A stretch of 64,000 nucleotides of DNA from Candidatus Latescibacterota bacterium (GCA_965217585.1 OZ244561.1:5248001-5312000); one strand, 5' to 3'; positions 27,134 through 37,319 are shown, numbered from the stretch's first letter. Notes: generated from the letters alone by a model not told the origin. Numbers and translations: made by a program.

Positions 27134-29770
27134 GTGACGACCGCGCCCACCTGCCGCTTGGCCTTGGTGTTGTTGCTGGCTTGTTGTCTGGCGATTTCGG
27201 CCTGCGTCTATTTCAATACGTTTTACAACGCCAAGAAAATCTTCCGCGCGGCCGAAAAAGAGCGGCACAAGCACGAAGAGACCTACGCCGACTGGGCCTT
27301 TGACCGGGCCGGTCCCGAATTGCAGCAGCAGCGCTCGCCGCAGGCCGACCAACTCTACGACAAAGTGGTGCGCAAGGCGTCCAAGGTGCTCGATAAGTAC
27401 AAGGAGAGCGACTTGGTTGACGACGCCATGTTCCTGATCGGCCAGGCGTATTACTGGCGCGGCGAATACCTCAACGCCCAAGAGTCGTTCCGCGACTTGG
27501 AAACCTTTTTCCCGTCCAGTCCGTACTTCGACCAAGCCCGCTACTGGCGCGCCCGCTGCCTAGAGGAGCAGCGGGCTGACGACCAAGCGCAGTCGCTCTA
27601 CCGAGTGCTTTTTGACGAGGCCGAAGAAAAGATCGCCGTCCAAGCGGGCCTGCACTTAGCCGAGATGGCGCACGGTCGCGAGGACTACGTCGCGGCCATG
27701 CGGGAATATCGGGCGACGCTGGCGGCCTTTCCCAAGAGCGCGGTGCGCGCCCAGTTGTGGTTGCGCTTGGGCGAGGCGTTGATGGCCTTAGAGGATCCGG
27801 TCCGCTTAGACGAGGTCCTAGCGGCTTTTGACGAGGTATTGCAGGCCGATCCAAGCGCGGATCAAAAGTACCGCGCCCAGCTCAACAGCGGCCGCGCGCT
27901 CTACGCTATCGGTGCGGAGGAAGAGGCCCTAGCGGCGTACGTCAGCCTGCTCGACGAGGGGCGCTTTCGTCGCTTTGAAGGCCGCACCCGGCTCCTAATC
28001 GGCGAGTGGTACCAGGGCCGCCGCTTGCTCGACGAGGCACTGGCCGAGTACGAGCAGGTCCGCAACGACTTTCCCCAGACACCCTCTGCGGCCATGGCCT
28101 TGTATCGCATCGGCTTGCTGCGCCTACAGGAATACGGGGATACCGAACTGGGACGCGAGTACCTTGAGGAGAGCAGCCGCGAGAGCCCGGGAGCGCAGGG
28201 CGTGCTTTTGGCGCAGAAGATGCTGGGGCACATGCGCCGGTTGCAGCAGTTCCAGCGCCAGGTCCACCGCGCCGATTCGCTCTACGCCGACTCGCTGGGC
28301 GCGGTGCAGGGGCCGCTGTTGTGGCGGGCAGAGGAAGCCCCAGCCGATACGGTGGTGGTGGCGCGGAGTTTGGAGGTGCTGGACGACCTGTTCAGCGCAT
28401 GCGAGCTCTATCGCGACGACATCGGCCAAGCCGATTCGGCCCGCGCGTACTACGAGGAGGTAATCCGCCGCTTCCCAGACAGCGACCAATTGCCCCGCGC
28501 CGTGTACAGCCTCGCTTGGATCGAGCTGCAGTTGCGCGGCGACGAAGAGGGCGCTAGGCCCCATTTGCTGCGGCTGATCGAGGAGTTTCCCACCTCGGCT
28601 CACGCCAACGAGGCCCGACGTCTGCTGGGGCAAAAATCCGAGGCCACAGCCGAAGAGCTGGCGGCGCGCGAGTTTGCGCGGATCGAGACCTTGCGCCTAA
28701 CGCAGCCTGAAAACACCGAGGCGTACATCCCCCTGTTGGACAGTTTGAGCCATGCCTTCGTCGGTACGCAAACGGGGGGGCAAGCGGCGTTTTTGGCGGC
28801 CAATACCTACGAGAATGTAGTCGGAGATACGCTTTCGGCCGAGCAGCGCTATCAATTGTTGCGCGAAGAGTTCGCCGAGACGCGGTTTGGCAAGCTGGCC
28901 CAGCAGCGGTGGGAAATGCGCGAGGAAAGGCTCATCGACAAGCTGGAGCGCAGTCTGAAGGCAGTCGGCGGCCAGCTTGGCCCGGGGGAGCGAATCGAAC
29001 TGCTCGCCCTAGAGCCGGACACGCTCGACTCCGTGTCCTTGGCGCGCAAATACATCGGCTTTGCCGAGCGCGCGCAGCGGCGCGGGGACGTCGCGCTAGC
29101 CCGCGATTTTTACGAGCAGAGCATCGACCAGCAGGTCGCCAACCCGCGCGCCCTGTATCAACTCGGCAACATCAACTGGGAGGAGGGCTATTTCGACGAC
29201 GCCACCGAGTTCTACCGCCAATCCCTGTCCTTTGACAAGAGGAACCTCAACCTCTACTACCGGCTCTGGCGCGCCTTTACCGAGCAGGGCGTAGAGGACT
29301 CGGCCAACCACTACCTGCGAGAGGTCGCACGGCGCGATCGCAACAGCGCGCAAATCCGCTTCTTGCTGGAAAAGTACCCAGATTTTCAGGGGGGCCAGGA
29401 CCGAGAGGACTTGGACATAGCAGCGATGATCGAGCTCGACTTGTCGGTTCCCCCCGACGAGCTGGGGTGGAGGGAAGGCGACCTGTCGCTGAGCGATTGG
29501 CCGCTGGTCCGGCAGGTGGTGCGGCCAGTTTATCCGGCGGCTGCCGAGGATTCGGCCGAGGTATTGCTCGACGTGCTAATCGACCGCGAGGGGCGGCCCG
29601 AGCAAGTGGAGGTCTTTCGCGGAGAACCTCCTTTTGTCGAGAGCGCGGTGGCCGCAGCTTATGGCTATAGCTTCTATCCGGCAGTGCGCCGCAACGGCGA
29701 GGAGATCAAGTCTTGGATCGAGTTGGCCGTGCCGTTTGGCCTGCCGCAAGCAGAAGGGAAAGAGCCGTGA
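27134..29770 (+). CDS. TPR lipoprotein with C-terminal TonB_C-like domain
   Basis: Lipobox ISAC followed by VYFNTFYNAKK; many TPRs (FPxS motifs); C-terminal PVYP...VLIDREG...YSFYPA. Confidence 0.7.
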   Translation: MTTAPTCRLALVLLLACCLAISACVYFNTFYNAKKIFRAAEKERHKHEETYADWAFDRAGPELQQQRSPQADQLYDKVVRKASKVLDKYKESDLVDDAMFLIGQAYYWRGEYLNAQESFRDLETFFPSSPYFDQARYWRARCLEEQRADDQAQSLYRVLFDEAEEKIAVQAGLHLAEMAHGREDYVAAMREYRATLAAFPKSAVRAQLWLRLGEALMALEDPVRLDEVLAAFDEVLQADPSADQKYRAQLNSGRALYAIGAEEEALAAYVSLLDEGRFRRFEGRTRLLIGEWYQGRRLLDEALAEYEQVRNDFPQTPSAAMALYRIGLLRLQEYGDTELGREYLEESSRESPGAQGVLLAQKMLGHMRRLQQFQRQVHRADSLYADSLGAVQGPLLWRAEEAPADTVVVARSLEVLDDLFSACELYRDDIGQADSARAYYEEVIRRFPDSDQLPRAVYSLAWIELQLRGDEEGARPHLLRLIEEFPTSAHANEARRLLGQKSEATAEELAAREFARIETLRLTQPENTEAYIPLLDSLSHAFVGTQTGGQAAFLAANTYENVVGDTLSAEQRYQLLREEFAETRFGKLAQQRWEMREERLIDKLERSLKAVGGQLGPGERIELLALEPDTLDSVSLARKYIGFAERAQRRGDVALARDFYEQSIDQQVANPRALYQLGNINWEEGYFDDATEFYRQSLSFDKRNLNLYYRLWRAFTEQGVEDSANHYLREVARRDRNSAQIRFLLEKYPDFQGGQDREDLDIAAMIELDLSVPPDELGWREGDLSLSDWPLVRQVVRPVYPAAAEDSAEVLLDVLIDREGRPEQVEVFRGEPPFVESAVAAAYGYSFYPAVRRNGEEIKSWIELAVPFGLPQAEGKEP

Positions 29771-30579
29771 TTGACGAGCAAGCGCGCCTGTTGAGCAACC
29801 GCGAAGTCGCTGCGGACTTCTATTTGGCACGCCTTAACGCACCCTACATTGCAGCGCGGATCGAGCCAGGTCAGTTCGTCAACATCGAGGTCAGCGCGGG
29901 GATCGCTCCCTTGTTGCGCGTCCCGCTGAGCGTGAGCGGCGTCGATCGCGAGGCTGGTATTATCGAGGTATTGTACGAAGAGGTAGGGCCTAAAACCCGA
30001 GTGCTGAGCCAACTCGGGCCGGACGCAGCCCTGCCGACCCTCGGCCCGCTGGGCAAGGGGTTCGCGCCGCCACCCGAGGATACGCGCGTCGCATTGGTCG
30101 GGGGCGGCATCGGCGTGCCGCCGTTGCTCTACTGGGGATTGGAGCTGAGGCAGCGGGCGTATCAGACCACGCTGTTGGTCGGGGCGCGGACTGCGGACAA
30201 GCACCTGCCCAGTGAGTTGCTCGCGCCGGCGGCGGACCTAGTGCGCCTCGCCACCGACGACGGTAGCCTCGGGCACGCGGGCTTAGTCACCGATCTGTTG
30301 CGGCACGAGCTCGCTGAAAAAGGGCCGTGCGCGGTCTATTGCTGTGGCCCGCATGGGATGATGCAGGCCGTGGCCGCCATGTGCCTAGAGGCCCAAGTCC
30401 CGTGTCAGGTTTCCCTCGAAGAATACATGGCTTGCGGCATCGGCATCTGCGTGGGCTGCGCCGTCGAGCTGGAGACGGCAAAAGGCGACACGGACTACGG
30501 CCGCTACGCCCGCATCTGCGTGGATGGACCGGCGTTCGATGCGCGGCAGATAAAATGGAACAGCACATGGCCGACTTGA
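29767..30579 (+). CDS. pyrK: Dihydroorotate dehydrogenase electron-transfer subunit
   Basis: PGQF, GPLGKGF, GGGIGVPP, CGPHGM, MACGIGICVGC...ICVDGP. Confidence 0.93.
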   Translation: MIDEQARLLSNREVAADFYLARLNAPYIAARIEPGQFVNIEVSAGIAPLLRVPLSVSGVDREAGIIEVLYEEVGPKTRVLSQLGPDAALPTLGPLGKGFAPPPEDTRVALVGGGIGVPPLLYWGLELRQRAYQTTLLVGARTADKHLPSELLAPAADLVRLATDDGSLGHAGLVTDLLRHELAEKGPCAVYCCGPHGMMQAVAAMCLEAQVPCQVSLEEYMACGIGICVGCAVELETAKGDTDYGRYARICVDGPAFDARQIKWNSTWPT

Positions 30580-31478
30580 GCATAGACTTTGCCGGTGTGC
30601 GACTGCGCAACCCGGTGCTGCTGGCCTCGGGCACCTGCAACTACGGTCAGGAGCTTTTGCCGCTGACCGATTTTGCGCGCTTGGGAGGGCTAGTAACCAA
30701 AACCATTACCCCGCAGCCTCGCGGCGGCAATCCTCCCCAGCGCATCGTCGAGACGCCGGCCGGAATGCTCAATTCCATTGGCTTGCAAAACCCCGGGCTG
30801 GAGGCTTTTGTCCAGAAGCAATGGCCCTTGTTGGCCAGTTTGGACGCGCAGGTCGTGGTAAATATCGCCGGATTCGCGGTCGAGGAATTCGGGCAGATGG
30901 CGGCGAGCCTCGAAGCGTTGGAGGGCATTGCCGCGCTCGAAGTCAATATATCCTGTCCCAATGTCGAGGCTGGGGGCGACAATTTCGCCACCCGGCCCCA
31001 GACCGCGGCCGCAGCCATTGCCGCAGTCCGCATCCGCACCCAGCGGCCAGTCATTGCCAAGCTGACGCCCAATGTCACAGATATTGCCGAAATTGCCCGC
31101 GCCGTAGTGGATGCGGGTGCGGATGCGGTCTCGCTGATCAATACGCTCGTTGGCATGGCCATTGACGTAGAGCGGCGGCGTCCCGTCTTGGGCGGTATTA
31201 CCGGCGGCTTGTCCGGCCCGGCGATCAAGCCCGTGGCCCTCGCCATGGTGTGGAAGGTAGCCCAAGCCGTCGCCGTGCCCGTCATGGGCATCGGCGGCAT
31301 CACTACCGCTAGCGACGCCCTAGAGTTCATGGTCGCCGGTGCCTCTGCCGTTCAAGTCGGCACGGCCAATTTTGCGAACCCCAACGCCGGCGTCGAAATC
31401 GTCGAGGATCTCCACGCCTATTGCGACGAGCGCGGCATGGACCGCCTCGCCTCGCTGGTGGGCAGCTTGCGTTGTTAG
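30567..31478 (+). CDS. pyrD: Dihydroorotate dehydrogenase family 1B catalytic subunit
   Basis: LASGT, MLNSIGLQNPG, NISCPN, KLTPN, GGLSGPAIKP. Confidence 0.95.
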   Translation: MADLSIDFAGVRLRNPVLLASGTCNYGQELLPLTDFARLGGLVTKTITPQPRGGNPPQRIVETPAGMLNSIGLQNPGLEAFVQKQWPLLASLDAQVVVNIAGFAVEEFGQMAASLEALEGIAALEVNISCPNVEAGGDNFATRPQTAAAAIAAVRIRTQRPVIAKLTPNVTDIAEIARAVVDAGADAVSLINTLVGMAIDVERRRPVLGGITGGLSGPAIKPVALAMVWKVAQAVAVPVMGIGGITTASDALEFMVAGASAVQVGTANFANPNAGVEIVEDLHAYCDERGMDRLASLVGSLRC

Positions 31479-31547
31479 TTGACCCATACTACGTAGTAAA
31501 CGCGCCGACTCTGCGCTACATCCCTTTCGCTGCTCGTTTCTCACTTC

Positions 31548-32168
31548 TCACTGCATCGGCACAAAGCGCACGGGTAGGAGTTTGCGCTGGCTGAGGCCGG
31601 TCGCGCTGTGCTCTACCAAGACCAAGTGCTGGCGTTGGGTGCCTAGTGGGAGAATGAAGCGGCCGTTAGGCGCTAGTTGTGCGGTTAGAGCGGGCGGGAT
31701 GGTAGCGGGTGCGGCCGAGCATACGATGGCGTCAAAAGGGGCGGCCTCGGGCCAACCCATGCGGCCGTCGCCGACGCGGAGAGCGACATGGCCATAACCT
31801 GTGTCGGCGAGCACGCGACTGGCTTGTGCGGCGAGGCCGGAGAAGAATTCAATGCTATAGACTTGGCCGGCCAGTTCGGCGAGCAGGGCGGTCTGGTATC
31901 CAGAACCGGTGCCAATCTCCAAGACTCGTTCCTCGCCCTGCAATCCGAGCACCGAGAGCATGTAGGCCACTACGTACGGCTGAGAGATGGTCTGGTCCGC
32001 GCCGATGGCCAGTGGGTGATCGGCATACGCGTGGGGGCGCAGGGCCTCCGGGACGTAGCAATGCCTTGGGACGCGGTCAAACGCCGCGAGTACGCGCGGA
32101 TCGCGAATGCCGCGCTGGCTGAGTTGCTCGCGCACCATCGCGCGGCGTTGGTCGGCGTAGGAAGTCAT
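31548..32168 (-). CDS. pcm: Protein-L-isoaspartate O-methyltransferase
   Basis: QTISQP, VLEIGTGSGYQ, GDGRMGWPEAAPFD, VRFVPM; ATGA overlap with the upstream gene. Confidence 0.95.
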   Translation of the reverse strand: MTSYADQRRAMVREQLSQRGIRDPRVLAAFDRVPRHCYVPEALRPHAYADHPLAIGADQTISQPYVVAYMLSVLGLQGEERVLEIGTGSGYQTALLAELAGQVYSIEFFSGLAAQASRVLADTGYGHVALRVGDGRMGWPEAAPFDAIVCSAAPATIPPALTAQLAPNGRFILPLGTQRQHLVLVEHSATGLSQRKLLPVRFVPMQ

Positions 32169-33058
32169 CGCGCGCTCTGGAGAAGGGCTAGCGCTGCATC
32201 TATTGCGGCTGCAGTGGGGATTGCAGCGATGTCTGCGGCGGGTGCTTGCAGGACTTGGCTGCGCTTGCCGCGCGGTGCCCACAGCCGGGGATCGGTGGGG
32301 CCAAACAGCGTCAGGGTTGGGGTGCCGACGGCCGCGGCGATGTGCCCGGGACCGGAGTCGTTGCCGATAAAGAGTGCGGCTTTGGCGAGCAGGCCGGCGA
32401 GGGAGCGCAGGTCTGGGGGATGGAGCGTGGGCAGGCCGCCGCTGGCGAGTTGGCGTTCGCGTTCGATTGGGCCGCACAGAAGCGCGATATGCCAGCCTCT
32501 TTTTTGCAGTGCGCTGGCGAGGGCGTGGAAATTTGTCGCGGGCCAGCACTTGGCTGGCGAGCCGCTGCCTAGGTGGATGACGACTTCAGGCGCGGAGGCG
32601 AGCGCGTCCACATAGCTGTAGTCGCCGGGCCGCAGCGCGATGTGCGGGGTGCGGTTGCAGACGGGCAGGCCCCATTGCCGCAAGGGGCTTAGCAAGTGAT
32701 CGACGATGTGGCCGCGGAAATCGGCTGGGGGCCGCGGGTCCCACAGCAGCACGGGGCCGGCTACGGCTCGGCGCAGTTGCGGGCCAAAGTGTTGATCCAC
32801 CGCATAGGCTAGCACACGCTGCGTAGTGGCGAAGAGCTGGCGCGTGGTCGGGGGAAGCGGCCCATCGCGGTGCAGGGCAATCAGGCGCGGGTCTTCGCCG
32901 TCGAGGATGGAGGCCGCTGGTCCAAGCGCTAGGGTCGCCGGGCGGCCGATGAGACGCAAGTCGGCGGCGGGAAAGGCCCGGCGCACGGCATCGATGGCGG
33001 GTAGGGTGAGGACGAAATCGCCGATCGCCCCGCCGCGAAATATGGTTGTCGCGCTCAA
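32165..33058 (-). CDS. Glycosyltransferase family 9 (heptosyltransferase-like)
   Basis: GAIGDFVLTLP, HLGSGSPAKCW, IGNDSGPGHIAAA, LFGPT. Confidence 0.9.
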   Translation of the reverse strand: MSATTIFRGGAIGDFVLTLPAIDAVRRAFPAADLRLIGRPATLALGPAASILDGEDPRLIALHRDGPLPPTTRQLFATTQRVLAYAVDQHFGPQLRRAVAGPVLLWDPRPPADFRGHIVDHLLSPLRQWGLPVCNRTPHIALRPGDYSYVDALASAPEVVIHLGSGSPAKCWPATNFHALASALQKRGWHIALLCGPIERERQLASGGLPTLHPPDLRSLAGLLAKAALFIGNDSGPGHIAAAVGTPTLTLFGPTDPRLWAPRGKRSQVLQAPAADIAAIPTAAAIDAALALLQSAR

Positions 33059-33157
33059 TTTTGCAGCCCCACTGAGGGCGTCTCTTGCCCGCTAGGAAAT
33101 TTTTGCGTAATTTCTACAATTCTGTTTGCTCGACAACTATCTGAAGGAGTTGGCCTT

Positions 33158-33775
33158 ATGGGGGCCTTAATTGGCAAGAAATTGGGAATGACGCAGGTGT
33201 ACGACGACCGTGAGGAGCTTACGCCGGTGACGATCGTCGCGGCCGGCCCCTGCCCGGTGGTGCAAGTGCGGACCGAAGAGGACAACGGATACTCGGCTTT
33301 GCAGCTCGCATTCGACGAAGTGTCGGAGCGCAAGCTGACCAAGCCGCAAAGGGGCCATCTGGCCAAGGCCGGCGTGAGCGGGCACCGCATTCTGCGCGAA
33401 TTTCGCGGCGAAGAGGGCGACTTCGAGGTCGGCCAAGTCTTGGATGTGAGCCAGTTCGAGGTCGGCCACCGGGTCAAAGTGACGGGCAAATCCAAGGGCA
33501 AGGGGTTTGCCGGGGTGGTCAAGCGCCACGGTTTCCACGGCAAGAACACGAGCCACGGCACGCCCAATACCGTACGCCACGGCGGCTCCATCGGCCAGGG
33601 CACGACTCCGGGCAAGGTGTGGAAGGGCAAGAAAATGCCCGGCCAGATGGGTAACAAGAGGGTCTCCACCAAGGGGTTGACCGTTGAGCGGATCGACGCG
33701 GATCGCAACTTGCTCTTCCTCAAGGGGGCGGTGCCGGGCGGTGCCAATGGCTACATCCTGATACAAACTAGCTGA
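33158..33775 (+). CDS. rplC: 50S ribosomal protein L3 (stand-alone)
   Basis: IGKKLGMTQ, SKGKGFAGVVKRH, KGKKMPGQMG, KGAVPG. Confidence 0.95.
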   Translation: MGALIGKKLGMTQVYDDREELTPVTIVAAGPCPVVQVRTEEDNGYSALQLAFDEVSERKLTKPQRGHLAKAGVSGHRILREFRGEEGDFEVGQVLDVSQFEVGHRVKVTGKSKGKGFAGVVKRHGFHGKNTSHGTPNTVRHGGSIGQGTTPGKVWKGKKMPGQMGNKRVSTKGLTVERIDADRNLLFLKGAVPGGANGYILIQTS

Positions 33776-33799
33776 CCCCCCTGCTTTAAGAGTGCTTGT

Positions 33800-33834
33800 G
33801 AGGCGGTGCCCGGTGTGGCATCGCCTCTTTTTTT
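33800..33834 (+). terminator. Rho-independent terminator after rplC
   Basis: GAGGCGGTGCC / GGCATCGCCTC stem followed by T7. Confidence 0.85.
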
Positions 33835-34210
33835 ATCCAGGCGGCCACTGCATGGGGCGGCCGCCGAGCAGGTGGACGTGGAGGTGGGCTACCGTTTGCC
33901 CCCCGTCGTCGCCGGCGTTGATGACCAAGCGGTAGCCCGTCGCGTCTAGGCCCTGATCTGCGGCGATCTGGCTGGCCTTGAGGAGCAAGTGGCCGAGCAG
34001 GGGGCCGTGCTTGGGAGCGGCGTGTTGTACGCCGGCGACGACTTCCTTGGGTATGACGAGGATGTGCGTCGGGGCTTGGGACTGGATGTCGCGGAAAGCC
34101 AGACAGTCGTCGTCCTCATAGACGATGTCGGCGGGAATTTCGCGGCGGATGATTTTGCTGAAAATGGTTTCACTGCCTGAAGGCAGCGGGAAAAGCGTTT
34201 CCTCACTCAT
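33833..34210 (-). CDS. Histidine triad (HIT/HinT) protein
   Basis: TIFSKII, GQTVAHLHVHLLGGR.WPPG. Confidence 0.93.
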   Translation of the reverse strand: MSEETLFPLPSGSETIFSKIIRREIPADIVYEDDDCLAFRDIQSQAPTHILVIPKEVVAGVQHAAPKHGPLLGHLLLKASQIAADQGLDATGYRLVINAGDDGGQTVAHLHVHLLGGRPMQWPPG

Positions 34211-34303
34211 TGGCCTTTCTCACAGGGCTTAGGGGTTTGGTTGCGGCGGATTATAGGCGCGGCGGCTGGAGACGTCAAGCGGGCCGCCGCGATTGCGCTA
34301 GCT

Positions 34304-35020
34304 ATGAATTTGAGCATCGTCATACCCGCGTACAACGAAGAGAAGCGGATTCTCATTGCCTTGGAGCGGACGCTTGCGTTGTTGCAGCAGCGGCCATGGT
34401 CCTATGAATTGCTGGTCGTGGATGACGGCAGCACCGACCGTACGGCGGCCTGCATCGCGGAGTACACCCGTGAGCATCCCCAAGTCCGTTGCGTGCAAAA
34501 TGACCGCAACCGCGGCAAGGGCTATTCCGTGCAGCACGGCGTGGCCGAGGCCCAGGGCCGCTACATCGGCTTTATGGACGGCGACTACAAGACCGACATC
34601 GCCGCGCTGGATCAGGTGATGCCCCTATTGGCAGCAGGGTGGGACGGGGTGATCGGCGACCGGACGCTGAGCGCGACCGAGTTCATCGTTGCGCGCCGGC
34701 GCTACCGGCAGTGGGGGACCGAGGCGTTTGGCTGGCTCTTGCGCAGGCTGATGGGCTTGGGCGAGTTCGGCGATACCCAGTGTGGATTTAAGTTTTTTCA
34801 GGCCGCGGTGGCGCGCGACCTATGCGCTCGGCAGCAGGTCGCCGGCTTCATGTTCGACGTGGAGCTGTTGCTGCTGGCGCGCCAATTGGGTTACCGCATT
34901 GCAAAGATCCCCGTGAAGTGGCGTTTCGACCCGGACAGCCGCTTTAATCCGGTGAGCGGGACGCTTGCCAATCTCAAGGATTTGGCGCGGATCCGCTGGG
35001 TGCATCGCCGCCGATCCTGA
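34304..35020 (+). CDS. GT2 polyprenol-phosphate glycosyltransferase (DPM/DPG synthase-like)
   Basis: SIVIPAYNE, VDDGSTD, NRGKG, DGD, DTQCGFK, FDVELL. Confidence 0.9.
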   Translation: MNLSIVIPAYNEEKRILIALERTLALLQQRPWSYELLVVDDGSTDRTAACIAEYTREHPQVRCVQNDRNRGKGYSVQHGVAEAQGRYIGFMDGDYKTDIAALDQVMPLLAAGWDGVIGDRTLSATEFIVARRRYRQWGTEAFGWLLRRLMGLGEFGDTQCGFKFFQAAVARDLCARQQVAGFMFDVELLLLARQLGYRIAKIPVKWRFDPDSRFNPVSGTLANLKDLARIRWVHRRRS

Positions 35021-35024
35021 GCGG

Positions 35025-37319
35025 TCAAACGCTGTCGTTGATCTGGCGGATCAAGGCGGCTAAGCGCCCTAGGCATACGGTGAGAAAAATCTCTTGGGCA
35101 ACTAGCGACTCTTGCCGCACCGGGCTGTTGATGAAGCGGCCGATGGCGATGAGAACCACGTACACCGATAGCACATCGTATGCTTGGGCACTGGTGGCAG
35201 AGAGTCCGTCGCGCACGGTGCGCACGACCTGCTGCATGGCCTCGACTAGCGCCTCTTCCTTTTCCTCTTCATAAGCGACGACCACCCCCCGACACAGGGC
35301 CTTTAACTGCGTGCGGTATTCGGCGTCGATGCAGCGGGCCGCGCCCAAGGAGTCCGTTGCCCGGCGCAGCAGGCGGGTGATGGCAGCGACGCGGTCGGTA
35401 TCCTCGCGCGAGAGCAAGCGATAGAACTGGTCGCGGGCACCTAGCGCACGGCAGACCCCGTTGAGTAGCTGCAAGCGCACGGCCGGGGAGGGAAAGTCGG
35501 TCAAGCGGCCTAGTGCGGGTCTGACGATGCGGCGGTCTTGGCGCTCGCCGAGGACGTCGACCAGAGTCGGGAACGTCAGGGGGTCGAAATCGCTGCCAAA
35601 GTGCCAGAATAGCAGCTCCTGGACTTCGTCCCCACGGAGGCTGGCTAGGCCGCGGATGGCGCTGATGCGCACCCGGGGATCGGCGTCGTCCAGCGCATCG
35701 ACCAGCGGATCGATGCTCGTGGAAGATCCGAGGCGGCCTAGGGCCTCGGCGGCTTCGCTGCGGATGTCCGAGCCCCCGTCGAGCAGCTCGCGCATCAAGG
35801 GTTCGGTGGCGCTTGCCGACCGGCTCTCGCCCAAGGCACGGGCGGCGGCGCGGCGCACCCGGGGGCTGGCGTCGGCCAGGGCCTGGACCAATTGCTCGAT
35901 GGCGAGGGGATTGCCCGAACGGCCTAGGGCCTCGGCGGCGCGCGCCCTAGTTCCCTCGGCAGTGGCTAGGCTGAAAATGGTGGCGTTGTAGGCGTAGCTG
36001 AGGACGTTGCCACGCAGCATCCGCGAGAGCAGGCTGCGCGAAGTCGCGCTCCGCGCGTCCTTGACGGTGCGGAGAATGAACAAAGGCGCTAGCCGGGCCA
36101 AGGTGCTGAGGGCAAAGATGACTTGTAAATCGCCCATAGGCACGCCGAACACGGAAAAGTGCAAGCCCTTTAGTTGGGCGACGAGCAGACCGCCCAACAA
36201 GGGGCCGAGCGCACCCATTAAGTTGACCGTCACCGACCAAGTTGCTAGGTACATCGTGCGCTTTTCGCCTTGGGGCAACAGGCCGTAGAGCAGGGGGTTG
36301 ATGCCAACCCCGATCCCGGAGAATAGGATGCCGCTCAGGACCAAAGCCACGGGTATCAGGTGGTAGGCCCCCGGCTGGTTGAAGGCCCAAACAAGAGGCA
36401 GGAACGCGGCCGGCGTCATCAGGATTTGCAGGACGGGTCTGGAGCCGAAGCGGTCGATGAGGCCGGCCCAGAGCCGGTAGCCAGCGATGCTAGTCAGCAT
36501 GAACAGAGCGTTGAAAATCGAGACCTCGGTATAGGAAATCTGCAGGCGGTCGAGCATAAAGACGCTGTAGAGCGGCCCGGCCAGCCCGACGCCAAAGGTC
36601 CACAGGCCAAAAAAGAGGGCGGCGCGGCGGAAGTTGGCGTCGTGGAAGGGCTGCAAGAGGTCGCGCAGGCGCGTGCTTTGTTCGTCGGTGGCGGCCGTCT
36701 GTTGGGGAAAGGGGGCGCGGAGGAGATTGGAGTAGCCCAAGAATCCAAAGAGCGTCCCAGCCGCAAAGACCCAGACAAAGCCGCCCCCGTCGGGGAAAAG
36801 GTCGAGGAATTGGCCGATCGCAAAACCGGCAACCATTGCCACTATGGTGCTGACGATGGTCTGGCGGCTGGCAAAGCGCGCGCGGATATTCTCCGGCACG
36901 GCGTTGGCGATCCAAGTGCTGTAAAAGGGCGAAATCGCATAGCCACCGAACAAGCTGAGGCAGACCATGCCCACCAAGGCTGCGAGTCGGTATTGCTCTG
37001 GGACGAGGAGGGGGATGACCAGCGGTAGCCCGCGAAAGGCGATTTCCACGTAGCCGCCGACGACGACAAAGCGCTTCTTGTTGCGGACGTGGGCGCTCAA
37101 CAGAGGGGCGAGCAATTGCGTCAAAGCGAGGAAGTACGCGGCGGAGGTGAAGAAGGCGATAAAGGCGCCGTCGGCACCTAAGTACAGGGCGAAACCGGTA
37201 AAGGCCGCCGTCCCCAAGCCACAGGCTTGCCCCCAAGCGCCCCACAAGCCGCTGGCGACGACGAAGGAGCGGAGGGCGCGATGCACTTGGCCGCGCGAGA
37301 GAGAAGGAGCATTTTCCAT
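35025..37319 (-). CDS. MFS transporter fused to HEAT repeats
   Basis: About 12 TM helices with DRFGSRP loop motif; C-terminal VRxxAAxALG repeats. Confidence 0.8.
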   Translation of the reverse strand: MENAPSLSRGQVHRALRSFVVASGLWGAWGQACGLGTAAFTGFALYLGADGAFIAFFTSAAYFLALTQLLAPLLSAHVRNKKRFVVVGGYVEIAFRGLPLVIPLLVPEQYRLAALVGMVCLSLFGGYAISPFYSTWIANAVPENIRARFASRQTIVSTIVAMVAGFAIGQFLDLFPDGGGFVWVFAAGTLFGFLGYSNLLRAPFPQQTAATDEQSTRLRDLLQPFHDANFRRAALFFGLWTFGVGLAGPLYSVFMLDRLQISYTEVSIFNALFMLTSIAGYRLWAGLIDRFGSRPVLQILMTPAAFLPLVWAFNQPGAYHLIPVALVLSGILFSGIGVGINPLLYGLLPQGEKRTMYLATWSVTVNLMGALGPLLGGLLVAQLKGLHFSVFGVPMGDLQVIFALSTLARLAPLFILRTVKDARSATSRSLLSRMLRGNVLSYAYNATIFSLATAEGTRARAAEALGRSGNPLAIEQLVQALADASPRVRRAAARALGESRSASATEPLMRELLDGGSDIRSEAAEALGRLGSSTSIDPLVDALDDADPRVRISAIRGLASLRGDEVQELLFWHFGSDFDPLTFPTLVDVLGERQDRRIVRPALGRLTDFPSPAVRLQLLNGVCRALGARDQFYRLLSREDTDRVAAITRLLRRATDSLGAARCIDAEYRTQLKALCRGVVVAYEEEKEEALVEAMQQVVRTVRDGLSATSAQAYDVLSVYVVLIAIGRFINSPVRQESLVAQEIFLTVCLGRLAALIRQINDSV

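Noticed and set aside
25942-27150. 402-aa antisense ORF (also 15397-16143, 33055-33747, 41033-41854, 55638-56582 and similar)
   Set aside because: Shadow ORFs opposite well-supported genes; expected from high-GC codon bias, with no motifs.
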